Shown here: positions 1 to 9,617 of the stretch, piece by piece | How positions within the stretch are numbered: the stretch's first letter is position 1 | Layout of the letters: each line of letters starts with the position of its first letter | Assembly (NCBI GenBank): GCA_965263035.1 | Contig: OZ253580.1 | Span: 448,001 to 512,000, forward strand | From: Acidobacteriota bacterium | GTDB lineage: Bacteria > Acidobacteriota > UBA6911 > RPQK01 > JAJDTT01 | DNA length: 64,000 nt | Direction: 5' to 3' | Translations under genes and position numbers: made by a program | The notes under the pieces: model-generated | The model's input: the letters and a program-made list of their open reading frames with translations, nothing else | Told to the model about the DNA's origin: nothing | Databases searched by the model: none

Positions 1-854
1 TCCAGCAGTCCAGGGTGAATCCCGCCGATCTCCCCGCCATAGACGTAGCAACGGCAGTGGGAGAGCAGCTCCCGGTAACCCCGACCGTAGATGGCTCCCG
101 GCAACAGAACGTTGGTCCCGCGCGCCAACTGGCGCAGATAGTCGATATAGGAGCGGTTGTAGGGTGCGTCCCCCACCACCACCAGCGGGAACTCCAGACT
201 CGACTCCCGATAGGCGCGGATCACCCGATGGGCGTTGTTCTCCGGTTCCAGCCGGCTCACGAACAGCAGATACCGATTCGCCTCCAGGCCCAATTCCCGC
301 AGCACATTTTGGCTCTCGAGACGCCCCACCGGCGCCCCGTAGGGAATGAACGGTGATTCCCGGCCGTAACGACGCCGGTAGTACTCCTGGGTCGTCCTGG
401 CGTCGGTTACGAAGCAATCGGGAAAACGGACGGCCAGCGACTCGCCCATGCGATGGAAGGTCCGGCCGGCCCAATTCCACTTCTTTCTCTTCCGCTCGAT
501 GCCATCCACGTTGAGCGCCACCCTCTGGCCCGCCAGCCGCGGGAGCCAGCAGAGGAAGGCGTTGGCCGCGTTGCACACCAGGCAGACGTCGTAGCCCCGA
601 AAACAGGCGGACAAAACGGAGAGGGCAGTGTGGGAGACCGTCTCCAGATACTTGTGCCGGATTGCAGGCAGGACCCTGATGCGGACTCCCTGGTAGGTGG
701 TGAGCTTCGGTTCCACGAAGTGGCTCCGTCCGTAGACCGTGACCTGATGCCCCCGGCGAACCAGACGAACCGCCAGCTCCTCCGCAAAGGTCTCGAACCC
801 GCCGTAGTTGGCAGGAATCCCGCGGGTGCCCAGGATGCCGATTTTCAACCCCAT
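1..854 (-). CDS. GT4-family glycosyltransferase with DUF1972-type N-terminus (3' end runs off the window)
   Basis: Manual translation of the minus strand from ATG at 854: MGLKIGILGTRGIPANYGGFETFAEEL...NVDGIERKRRKW...FVSRLEPENN. Absent from the ORF track because it has no stop in the window. Confidence 0.88.
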   Translation of the reverse strand, partial: MGLKIGILGTRGIPANYGGFETFAEELAVRLVRRGHQVTVYGRSHFVEPKLTTYQGVRIRVLPAIRHKYLETVSHTALSVLSACFRGYDVCLVCNAANAFLCWLPRLAGQRVALNVDGIERKRKKWNWAGRTFHRMGESLAVRFPDCFVTDARTTQEYYRRRYGRESPFIPYGAPVGRLESQNVLRELGLEANRYLLFVSRLEPENNAHRVIRAYRESSLEFPLVVVGDAPYNRSYIDYLRQLARGTNVLLPGAIYGRGYRELLSHCRCYVYGGEIGGIHPGLL

Positions 855-957
855 GTCCGACTCGTCCCCGCGGGAATGCAGGAGTCACTGCCGCATCTGC
901 AGCGTTACTGGAACTTCTTTCTTGAGGCTGGCATCTCCACGTTGCGGCCAGTGGGAT

Positions 958-1359
958 TCAGTGGAGATATATAACAGGCTTCAGACTCAGATATTTGACC
1001 ATAGGCAGGAAGTCACGGTCGGAGAACAACAACGGGAACCCTTCGTCGATGCAAAAGGAGGCGATGACGACGTCGATGGTCTTGCGGATCGTGACTCCTG
1101 TCCTGCGCAGCTTTCGATAGCGCATGGCCACCCGGTGCGCCCGCTGGCCCCTGAGTAGATCGAAAGACGGAAACTTCGACAGTGCTCGCTTTGCCGCTCT
1201 GAAATCCGAGTCGTTTCGAAATCCCTGGAGGACTTCCACCAGAATCAGGTCGCCGGTCGCCACGACATCCTGTCCCAACAGGGCATCGAGACGATCCGTT
1301 TCCGGTGTTGGAATACCGTTGAAAAAATCGATCCAGACACTGGAATCGATCAGAATCAT
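958..1359 (-). CDS. vapC: PIN-domain toxin VapC
   Basis: MILIDSSVWIDFF...EVLQG...TIRKTIDVVIA...LLFSDRDF carries the PIN acidic residues; overlaps the antitoxin stop. Confidence 0.92.
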   Translation of the reverse strand: MILIDSSVWIDFFNGIPTPETDRLDALLGQDVVATGDLILVEVLQGFRNDSDFRAAKRALSKFPSFDLLRGQRAHRVAMRYRKLRRTGVTIRKTIDVVIASFCIDEGFPLLFSDRDFLPMVKYLSLKPVIYLH

Positions 1360-1550
1360 CAGTCTCGCCTCATCCTCTCCAGATCACCCGTCCAACGAAG
1401 CTTACCGCGCAATGCGCGGATTCCTTCCTGTTCCTTCAATCGAATCAACGAGGCCAAGCCCAATTCCACGACCTCGCGCTTGGTTTTTGCCCCGGTCGCG
1501 CGCATGGCGCGTTCCAACAGGTCGTCGTCAATGACGATGTTCGTACGCAT
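1359..1550 (-). CDS. vapB: VapB-family antitoxin
   Basis: MRTNIVIDDDLLERAMRATGAKTKREVVELGL...LRGKLRWTGDLERMR; start taken at ATG 1550. Confidence 0.9.
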   Translation of the reverse strand: MRTNIVIDDDLLERAMRATGAKTKREVVELGLASLIRLKEQEGIRALRGKLRWTGDLERMRRD

Positions 1551-1677
1551 CTGGAAGTCCTCCGTTCGATGTGTATAACACGATCGAATTATACACATCA
1601 TCCATGCAGGAATCAAGAGTTTGATCGGCGCCCGGAAAGACATTCCGGTACACCGGATTTGGAATCACGCCGGGGAT

Positions 1678-2916
1678 TCAGGCGGCTTTGGCCCGGCCCC
1701 GTTCCTGGACCGCATATGGGGCCGTCAAGAAGAACAGCAGCAGGATCAGCACCTCCGAATCGCCGAAGTTGTATTCCAGGCAACCCGCTACGTGAAACGC
1801 CGCCGAGATGCAGAGGCCGTTCAGACCCAGGAAGCGGACCCATTCCGATTCGGACCGGAGCCACATCCGGATCAGGTCCCGGATCAGGACGATCCAGAGC
1901 GCCAGCCAGAACGCCAGCCCCACGAGTCCGGTCTCGGCGGCAACCTGGAGGAAATTGTTGTGCAGGTGCTGATAGGCCCAGTCGGGGTACTCCTGGTGTG
2001 ACCGGTACTTGAGAACCTCCCGGGAGACCATGCCGGGTCCGACTCCCGTCCAGGGATGGCCGGCAATGAGACGAGATCCGGCGCGCACCATCTCCAAGCG
2101 GACCTGAGTCGTCGTGTCGCTCAGATCCACGCCGGAGTAGAGACGATCCCGAAACGGCGTCGGCAACAGAATCAACAGGGCCATCACCGCCAGCAGCAAC
2201 AGCAGCACCCGGGTCTTCTTCCTCAGGACCACCAACAGCAGGCCGCCCGCGGCCGTTCCCAGCCAGGCGTTTCGGGTGAAGGTCACGAGCAGGCTCCAGC
2301 TCAGGAGGCTCAACAGGAGCAACCCCCGGACGGGCAGGCGACGCCATCCCGCCTCCTCCCGGTCAGCGGTGGAGGTGCCGGCCGGCTTGAACCGCTCCCG
2401 GCACAGAAAGACCCCCAGCGAGACGGCTCCCATCATGAGCTGGCCGGAAAAGGTCATCCAATGGCTCATGAAGCCGGTGACCCGGTGGAGCAGATCCGGC
2501 TCCATCAGCCAGTAGTATTGCGCCAGGGCGTACACGGCGCTGGCGCCCAGAACCCAATAGATTCGCCTTATGGTCCACTCCACGTGAACCTGCCCGAACC
2601 AAGTGAACAACAAGGGAACGAAGAGGAAGCGCACCAGCTTCTTGAGAGAGCCCGAACTGGTCACGGGGTCTTCCGAGAAGAGGACGGCGATCCCGATGGA
2701 AATGACATACAGGAGGAGCGGCAGTGCGAAAGGTGGCCAACGGAGGCGCAGGCGCCGACGCCGCAGAGTATCGATGATCCAGAGGAGCAGGGCAGTCCCG
2801 GCGAATATGTAGGCCGCCGCGATGGAGACGAGCGACGCTACGATGGAGGCGGCGGCGCACCATGGAATCCAACGGGCTTGCAAGAGACCAAATATGCGCA
2901 GCTTTTCCGATCCCAT
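1678..2916 (-). CDS. O-antigen ligase/Wzy-like polymerase family membrane protein
   Basis: Many TM segments; TFTRNAWLG, R-LEM...HPWTGVGPG and HLHNNFLQVAAETGLVG motifs; start uncertain (2916 or 3000). Confidence 0.85.
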   Translation of the reverse strand: MGSEKLRIFGLLQARWIPWCAAASIVASLVSIAAAYIFAGTALLLWIIDTLRRRRLRLRWPPFALPLLLYVISIGIAVLFSEDPVTSSGSLKKLVRFLFVPLLFTWFGQVHVEWTIRRIYWVLGASAVYALAQYYWLMEPDLLHRVTGFMSHWMTFSGQLMMGAVSLGVFLCRERFKPAGTSTADREEAGWRRLPVRGLLLLSLLSWSLLVTFTRNAWLGTAAGGLLLVVLRKKTRVLLLLLAVMALLILLPTPFRDRLYSGVDLSDTTTQVRLEMVRAGSRLIAGHPWTGVGPGMVSREVLKYRSHQEYPDWAYQHLHNNFLQVAAETGLVGLAFWLALWIVLIRDLIRMWLRSESEWVRFLGLNGLCISAAFHVAGCLEYNFGDSEVLILLLFFLTAPYAVQERGRAKAA

Positions 2917-3006
2917 CCCACCGCTCGCCGTACCGGTTCCTGGGACCGGCCGCCGCGACCTGCGGGAGAGATTACGACCCCCGGTCCCCGTCCGCAACAC
3001 CTGCCG

Positions 3007-5793
3007 CTACTGGAATCTGACTTCGACCCGGGTCAGAACGGGGCTGGCTCCGCCATTGGGAGTCGCGAGCCGAGCCCGGTATTGGAGCCAGGAGGCCGAG
3101 GATGCGCTTCCGGAAATCGGTCCCGGCTCCAGGAACCAACTGTCCGGACCCGAGGGGCCCGTCCAGGACGCCTTCTCCAAGGCCTCCCTGTCCTTCGCGG
3201 TCCGAATCTGGAGCGCGATCATGGTTCCCAAGGGAGTCTCCGCATCCCATCCGATGGAGACGGGACGGACGCCGGCCCCGAATCGGTGCGGCGGAGAGAC
3301 ATAGGTCTCGGCCAACTCCCGGGTGTAGATGTTCCCCGGGTCCCGGATCATCTGACCGTGGGGGCCCACGGTGGGAAGCCAGGTCCGTTCCCGGAGGGAA
3401 AACCCGTCCGGCCCGTTCCAATAGAGGACCGACGGGGTCGTGTGCCGGATTGGATCCCCGGGACGATCCCGGTTTCCGTCCCGCTTGTGATTGAGCAGGA
3501 AGATGTCGGTCCAGCCGTCGCCGTCGAAATCGGCGGCCAGGGAGGCGGTCCCCGAGTCCCCGGGCAGTTCCAGGCGGCGGTCCGGATCGAACCCGGAGGC
3601 GCTTCCCCAGTAGAGGAAGCAGGGGACGCTTCTGGCGGTGTTGCTGGAGTAGTTGGGCACGAAAAGGTCCAGGAATCCGTCCCGGTCGAAGTCGGCCACG
3701 CTGGGGTCGAGGGCCGACATGTGCCGTAACGGCCGGCCCTCCCTCAAACGGAAACCGTCCCCGGATCCGAAGTAGATCCGGATCTCCCCTTCCTTGTTGC
3801 GGGGATAGTCGCTGACCGGCACCACCAGGTCCAACCAACCGTCGGAGTCGAAGTCGGCGGTCTCCAGGTAGGGGACTCTTCCCTGGGAGATCAACCGGTG
3901 ATGTTTCTCCCGAAATCCTTCCTCGGACCCGTAGACCAGGTGCGCACCTTGCTTGGCGGAGCCCCCCGCCAGGTCCAGATACCCGTCGCGGTTCCAATCG
4001 GCCACCACCGGGGGAAAACCCAGCCCGCCGATGGGAATCACCTCCCGTCTGGCGGGAGAGAATCCGTTCCCCGCGCCGTAGAGGATCACATAGCCGGGAC
4101 GCCCCTTCGCGTCCCGCTCCGCAGCGCCGATCACCAGATCCAGGTAGCCGTCCCGGTTCAGGTCGGCGGTGACCGCTCCCATCTCCGGGTCCTCCACGGA
4201 GAGGACGGCCCGGCGCCGGGGTTCGTAGCCGTCGACTCCCCCATACCAGACATAGACCCCGTTGAGGGTCACCGGCCGGCCCAGGGCATAGCGGGCCTCG
4301 GCCGAGACCAGGTCCACCCAGCCGTCGTCGTCCAGATCGGCCTGGGCGGTGCCCACCGTATAGCCCGCCCACAGTTGGCTGCGCCGCCGGGTGGAGTAGT
4401 TGCGCGTCCCGTCGCCCCAGTAGATGAAGTTGGGGTTGTGGCCGGTCCGGAGCCCGCCCTCCAGGTTGAAGAAGATCACATCCGGATGTCCGTCGTTGTC
4501 CACGTCGCCGATGCCGTTGCCATGGGCGCTCCGGGTGTCCAGCATGGACTTGTGCGCCGGGAGGAACTTCCCTTCCCGGTTCCAGAAGACGAAGGACTGG
4601 ACGTTCAGGTCGTTGAAGGAGTGATTGTTGCTCACCACCAGCTCGGGCCAGCCGTCCCCGTCCAGGTCTCCGGCGCTGATCCCCCGGGCGTGGACCGTGG
4701 CCAGAGGGGTCGGGTCGGTCTCGGACAACCGTCCGTTCCGGTTCCAGAAGACCAGCGAGTCGGTGTACCCGTTGCCGCCGTGGTCCGAAGAGGTCACGGC
4801 CAGATCCGGGAGCCCGTCCCGATTGAGATCCTGGACCGCCAACTGCCAAGGGTTCTCCACCGGAAGCCGCTGCAGGACCTGAAATCCGTCCGAAGGCGCC
4901 GCCCGAACCTGAACCTCCGATTCGACGGCGACAAACAGCTCGATCCGTCCGTCCCGATCCAGATCCCCCGCACCCAGATGCCGTGCCTCCACGTCCAGTA
5001 CCAGGGGCTTCTCCAAGTCCAACCCGTCCTTCCCCGCCGCATAGACGAAGACACTGGGTCCGGCGGCCAGAACCAGATCGAGCGCCTCGTCTCCGGCCAG
5101 GTCGGCAGCCAGGACCGCCGTCCCCGGGCCGGCAAGCGGCGTCCGGCGATCGGGATCGAATCCATGGGCCGAATTCCAGTAAACGACCGAGTGGCTTGAT
5201 TGCTCGTCTCGCCCCGCATTGGCGCAAGCGATGGCCAGATCCGGCCATCCATCCCGGTTCCAGTCCCCGACGGCGGCTTCCTTCCCCGCCCACGACCTCA
5301 ACTGCCGGCGCTGGGACACGGGGAAGCGGCCCTCGGCCCCGTAGTAGACAAAGCTGTCGGACCTGCTGGTGGTACCGCCCGTTCCATTGACCACCACCAC
5401 GTCGTTGACGCCGTCCCGGTCCAGGTCGGCCACCAACCCCTCGACAGCCCCATTCGTAGGCAAAGCGATCCTCCGGCGAGGATCGATGGTCTCGCCGTTG
5501 TTCAGGTAGACGTAGGCGTCTTCGTCTTCACTGTGTCCGTGGCCGTTGGCCACGAACAGATCGATGTGACCGTCCCGGTTCAGATCCAACCGGTTGATCA
5601 ACTGGATCCTGCCGCGGCGAGAGACGTAGATGTTGGAGCCGGAGTCCTCGAACGATCCCTGGGAAAAGGCTCGATAACCCTCGTGACGCCAAACCCGGGC
5701 CCAAAGCCCGCCGCCGGCGACCTCTCCGCCGAGAAACAACGCCGCCATCATTGCCACCAAGTGCCGCAAACCAGAGCTCAGCTTCATGCCCAT
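3007..5793 (-). CDS. Secreted FG-GAP/VCBS repeat protein
   Basis: Signal-like N-terminus and more than ten DxN/DxDGxxDL repeats. Confidence 0.85.
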   Translation of the reverse strand: MGMKLSSGLRHLVAMMAALFLGGEVAGGGLWARVWRHEGYRAFSQGSFEDSGSNIYVSRRGRIQLINRLDLNRDGHIDLFVANGHGHSEDEDAYVYLNNGETIDPRRRIALPTNGAVEGLVADLDRDGVNDVVVVNGTGGTTSRSDSFVYYGAEGRFPVSQRRQLRSWAGKEAAVGDWNRDGWPDLAIACANAGRDEQSSHSVVYWNSAHGFDPDRRTPLAGPGTAVLAADLAGDEALDLVLAAGPSVFVYAAGKDGLDLEKPLVLDVEARHLGAGDLDRDGRIELFVAVESEVQVRAAPSDGFQVLQRLPVENPWQLAVQDLNRDGLPDLAVTSSDHGGNGYTDSLVFWNRNGRLSETDPTPLATVHARGISAGDLDGDGWPELVVSNNHSFNDLNVQSFVFWNREGKFLPAHKSMLDTRSAHGNGIGDVDNDGHPDVIFFNLEGGLRTGHNPNFIYWGDGTRNYSTRRRSQLWAGYTVGTAQADLDDDGWVDLVSAEARYALGRPVTLNGVYVWYGGVDGYEPRRRAVLSVEDPEMGAVTADLNRDGYLDLVIGAAERDAKGRPGYVILYGAGNGFSPARREVIPIGGLGFPPVVADWNRDGYLDLAGGSAKQGAHLVYGSEEGFREKHHRLISQGRVPYLETADFDSDGWLDLVVPVSDYPRNKEGEIRIYFGSGDGFRLREGRPLRHMSALDPSVADFDRDGFLDLFVPNYSSNTARSVPCFLYWGSASGFDPDRRLELPGDSGTASLAADFDGDGWTDIFLLNHKRDGNRDRPGDPIRHTTPSVLYWNGPDGFSLRERTWLPTVGPHGQMIRDPGNIYTRELAETYVSPPHRFGAGVRPVSIGWDAETPLGTMIALQIRTAKDREALEKASWTGPSGPDSWFLEPGPISGSASSASWLQYRARLATPNGGASPVLTRVEVRFQ

Positions 5794-5878
5794 CCCAACA
5801 CGAGACTAACAGCCGGCACTAAAGCGAACCATGGCATCGGCTCCTTTTCTTCATCCCCCTTTCTGCTACTATCCCGCC

Positions 5879-7123
5879 GTGACCGGATTCGACGCCTTTC
5901 TCTACGGCGGTGGGGAACTCGTCTGCGAAGGGACTTCCCTGACGCAAATCGCCCGGCAGGCGGGAACCCCAAGCTACGTCTACAGCCGGCGGGCGATTCG
6001 GGACTGCTATCACCGGCTGCAAAACGCCTTCGCCGGCGTGGATCCCCTGATCTGCTACTCCCTGAAGGCCAACGACAACCTCTCCCTGCTGAGGGTACTG
6101 CAGGAGGAGGGCAGCGGTTTCGACGTGGTATCGGGAGGAGAACTCTTTCGGCTGCAGCAGATCGGCGCCGACCCCGGGAGCATTGTCTTCAGCGGCGTCG
6201 GCAAGACCGTCCAGGAGATGGAGATGGCCCTGGAGTGGGGGCTCTTCAGCATCAACGTCGAGTCCCGGCAGGAGTTGGAGACTCTGGCCCAGATCAGCCG
6301 GAGGATGGGCCGCGAAGCCCGAGTCGCCATCAGAATCAATCCGGACGTGGACGCCCGGACCCATCCCTACATCGCCACCGGTCTGCACCAGCACAAGTTC
6401 GGCGTCGAGGCGGACCAGATCGACGACCTGTTGAAGATTATCGAGAACTCCGCCGAAATCCGGCTTGTGGGCCTCGGATATCACATCGGCTCCCAGATCC
6501 TGGACGTCCAGCCGTTTCTGGACGCGTTCGACAAGCTCAGGGAATGGGCCGATCGGATCCGGGACCGGGGGTTTCCGGTGGAACATCTGGATCTGGGCGG
6601 CGGCCTGGGAATCTCCTACCAAGGAGAAACGGGCCCGGATCTTCAACGGTACGCCGAGGCCCTGGCTCAGAATGGTGAAGGCTACCGCATCGTCATGGAG
6701 CCGGGACGCTATCTGGTCGGAAACGCCGGCGTCCTGCTGACTCGTGTCCTCTATCGGAAGACCAATCGCGGCAAGGTCTTCCTGGTAGTGGACGCCGCCA
6801 TGACCGACCTGCTTCGCCCCAGCCTGTACGATGCCCACCACCAGATTCTTCCGGTACAGGCGGATCGATCCTGGATCACGGCCGACGTGGTCGGGCCGGT
6901 CTGTGAGAGCGGCGATTTCCTGGCTCGCAACCAGCGGGTTCCCGACGCCCAACCTGGAGACCTCCTGGCGGTGATGAGCGCGGGAGCCTACGGATTTGTC
7001 TTATCCTCCAACTATAATTCCAGGAGGCGGGCTGCCGAGATTCTGGTAGATGGAGGCGAGTGGAGAGAGATCCGGGTCAGAGAATCGTTCGAGGATCTGA
7101 TCCGTGGCGAATCCATTCCCTGA
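5879..7123 (+). CDS. lysA: Diaminopimelate decarboxylase
   Basis: TPSYVYS, YSLKAN (PLP Lys), HIGSQI, DLGGG, MEPGR, GPVCESGD, SNYNSR; start at GTG 5879 or ATG 5831. Confidence 0.96.
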   Translation: MTGFDAFLYGGGELVCEGTSLTQIARQAGTPSYVYSRRAIRDCYHRLQNAFAGVDPLICYSLKANDNLSLLRVLQEEGSGFDVVSGGELFRLQQIGADPGSIVFSGVGKTVQEMEMALEWGLFSINVESRQELETLAQISRRMGREARVAIRINPDVDARTHPYIATGLHQHKFGVEADQIDDLLKIIENSAEIRLVGLGYHIGSQILDVQPFLDAFDKLREWADRIRDRGFPVEHLDLGGGLGISYQGETGPDLQRYAEALAQNGEGYRIVMEPGRYLVGNAGVLLTRVLYRKTNRGKVFLVVDAAMTDLLRPSLYDAHHQILPVQADRSWITADVVGPVCESGDFLARNQRVPDAQPGDLLAVMSAGAYGFVLSSNYNSRRRAAEILVDGGEWREIRVRESFEDLIRGESIP

Positions 7124-7331
7124 AGGGCCCCGGTGAAGGTCGTCGTGGCGTGCCTCCGAATTTCCATTCCACAGCAGTCGGGGAGTATTCAGGAGCGGTC
7201 TGGACACCGGTAAGTGCCCTGGATTCTTTGTTTTTGTGGGGTTTCCTTGACTGGTCCGAAACCGTTTCAATATCATGCGCAGCCAGATGGCGTGCTCGCC
7301 GCGTTAACCACGATTTGCAAGGAGCCGAGTC

Positions 7332-8405
7332 TTGTCCTTGGAAACTGACGTTACGCTGGAGATCGAGCCCGAATCCCGTGTGGACGTGATCAACGTCCGC
7401 GATCGTATTCCGGATCGGACCCGCTCCCGATTTTCCAAGTATTCCAAGTCGGTCTACTACTCCTACCACACCACGGCCGGCTACTTCGGTGAGAAGCTCT
7501 CGGCCCAGCTGAATCACAGCGGCGAGGCCCTGCGCAACTTCGTGCAGATGTTCCAGACGCTGTTCCCTTTTCGGCGGGGATACCGTCACGACCAAATGGA
7601 TCTGCGCACCGAGTTGAGCCAGGAGCAGAAGGTCACCGAGCCTCACAATGCCGACTCCCACCTTACGTTCATGAGTTCCGGCCTCACCAATTGCGCGACG
7701 TACGAGAACAATCCCGATACCCCCGTCTATTTCGTGGACCTGGACGGCATCTGGAACGACATCCGGCGCCGGCGCCGGACCACCGTGATGGCATTCAACG
7801 AGGAACAGGTGGTTGATCGCGTGGACCTCCCGGTCCCGGTATCCCGGCACCCCATCGATTCCATCAACCTGATGGATCCCAGACTTGAATTCTTCTCCCG
7901 GGTGCAAGAACTGATCCGGACCCATGGCGTCGACCGGGGGCGTATCGATATCTCACTGGCGCCGGACGAACAGAATGCGGGCCTCACCGTAAACGAGTAC
8001 GAGACCCTGCTGATAAAACACGATCTGGCCAGGGTCCTGAGAAATCCCCTGCATTTCATGGCGAAGAGCGGCCGGCAGATGTTGGGAAACCCGAGGGCCA
8101 TTCCGGGCAGGGCCAGGGATTACGCCAAATACGATCTGGTCCAGATTCTCAATCAGACCGTGGACGCGCTGGGGTTGAGCGAGTCGGTCTTCGAGCGCCT
8201 GCTGCAAAGATTCGTCAGGGCGCCCGCCGACCACTTCCTGGGCATGGAGCGCTCATTGATCCTGTTGGTCTCCAACTCCCATGCCAATGGTAACAGCCAT
8301 GGCTCCATCGTCCACGGAACCTACCAGAGCCCCATCCTGGTTCAATGGGACCGGCCCGAATCCAACACGCGGCGGCTGGAGATCTCCCTGGTCCGATTCG
8401 ACTGA
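7332..8405 (+). CDS. Protein with two tandem YjbQ/UPF0047-like domains
   Basis: First half has HTTAG...YRHD...NADSH; second half has GLTVNE...HDL and GTYQSPILVQWDRP..RRLEISL. Confidence 0.6.
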   Translation: MSLETDVTLEIEPESRVDVINVRDRIPDRTRSRFSKYSKSVYYSYHTTAGYFGEKLSAQLNHSGEALRNFVQMFQTLFPFRRGYRHDQMDLRTELSQEQKVTEPHNADSHLTFMSSGLTNCATYENNPDTPVYFVDLDGIWNDIRRRRRTTVMAFNEEQVVDRVDLPVPVSRHPIDSINLMDPRLEFFSRVQELIRTHGVDRGRIDISLAPDEQNAGLTVNEYETLLIKHDLARVLRNPLHFMAKSGRQMLGNPRAIPGRARDYAKYDLVQILNQTVDALGLSESVFERLLQRFVRAPADHFLGMERSLILLVSNSHANGNSHGSIVHGTYQSPILVQWDRPESNTRRLEISLVRFD

Positions 8406-8406
8406 T

Positions 8407-9324
8407 TCAGTCGCCGCCCGTTTGGACCCATTCCAATATCGTTCGATAGGACGCGGACTCCCGATTCCATCGAACACCTCCGCCGTGTTGGTCAGAGCCG
8501 GACGCCCGGGTTCCTTTGGGGGGAGGCTCACGGGTCGGCTTCAGCAACACGAGGCTCTGCTCCGGCCGCTTCAGGTCAATGACCCGCAACGCCGAACGAT
8601 AGTAACCCTGGACGTCTTCCGGTCCGGCCCGTTCCTGAGCCGGCTCCAGGCGGAAGATGACGTGAGACTTGTGACAGTCGAAGCAGGACTTGCCATCGGC
8701 TCCGGATTTCTGCAGCAGGGGCAAGACGCGGTCCCGAAAGAATTGGAGGGAAGGAAGCGTCGGATCCGTAGCCGGACCTTCTTCCGGGAGTTGAGTCAGG
8801 CTCTCGACGATCGCCGGAAGATCACGCAGTCCAGGCCGGCTCCGAATCAGGGAAAACGCCAATTCGGCCAGGGCGGGATCCGGGTCCCTCAACGCCTCGC
8901 TCAAGAGACTCACGAAACGGAGATCCTGCAATCGCCCCGGTACTTGCCGAGCCAACTGCAGGATCGCTTTGCGCTTCCACGCATCCTGACTGCGGAACGC
9001 CAGACTCAACCGCCTCCGGATCATGGCGAAGGACTCCAGTCGCGGCGCCTCGAGACACAGTCCGACGGCCGCCCGGAAGATTTCGGGATCCTTGGAGGCC
9101 AGGGACCGGAAGACCTTCATCTGCACCGTCCGGCGATCCAGCAACTCGGGAAACGAAGTCACCGCCTGGAACTCCCCAGCCCCGGCCTCGTCCGCCAGAA
9201 ACAACCGCTCCACGTCGGCCGAATCCTCCTGACCAGCGGCGGAAACGAGGGGATAGCCCACCGCCAACCAGGAAACCGCTACCATCTCAATCGATATCAG
9301 CACCAGAAAACCTATTGAGGCCAC
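8407..9324 (-). CDS. Exported protein with helical repeats and a C-terminal c-type cytochrome-like domain
   Basis: Hydrophobic N-terminus; CFDCH heme motif followed by SLVLLKPT...HGGG...Y..ILEW as in planctomycete-type cytochrome domains; start uncertain. Confidence 0.6.
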   Translation of the reverse strand: MASIGFLVLISIEMVAVSWLAVGYPLVSAAGQEDSADVERLFLADEAGAGEFQAVTSFPELLDRRTVQMKVFRSLASKDPEIFRAAVGLCLEAPRLESFAMIRRRLSLAFRSQDAWKRKAILQLARQVPGRLQDLRFVSLLSEALRDPDPALAELAFSLIRSRPGLRDLPAIVESLTQLPEEGPATDPTLPSLQFFRDRVLPLLQKSGADGKSCFDCHKSHVIFRLEPAQERAGPEDVQGYYRSALRVIDLKRPEQSLVLLKPTREPPPKGTRASGSDQHGGGVRWNRESASYRTILEWVQTGGD

Positions 9325-9617
9325 CGCGTCAGAAGCACTGTAACAACAAGCAGCAAGTCTCGCTGCCGCGTTCACTTCCCACAGCACCCACGCTTTGGCA
9401 CCGAACGCGTAGCCTGCATCGGGCAAATTCCAGCCGCTCAAGGAGCCAGCATGCGCCTACTCTTCTCTCCCCCTCTTTTCTCTTTATCCTCTTTCCTCGG
9501 CCGACAGGTCAGATCCGCCTGATATCTTGAATTGGCTATCGTGGTGAATTGTCGTTCTGATCATGGCGGGAACCCAATCGGGTCGACCCCGCGACTGAAT
9601 CTTTGGAGGAACGAGCC

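Noticed and set aside
2056-6952. Long overlapping alternative-frame ORFs (557, 773, 492, 433, 377 aa) and similar ones elsewhere
   Set aside because: Low-complexity Arg/Gly/Pro-rich or antisense shadows of well-supported genes, typical of high-GC DNA.
7124-7331. Possible riboswitch upstream of the YjbQ-like gene
   Set aside because: No recognisable TPP or other aptamer consensus by eye; an Rfam scan would be needed.
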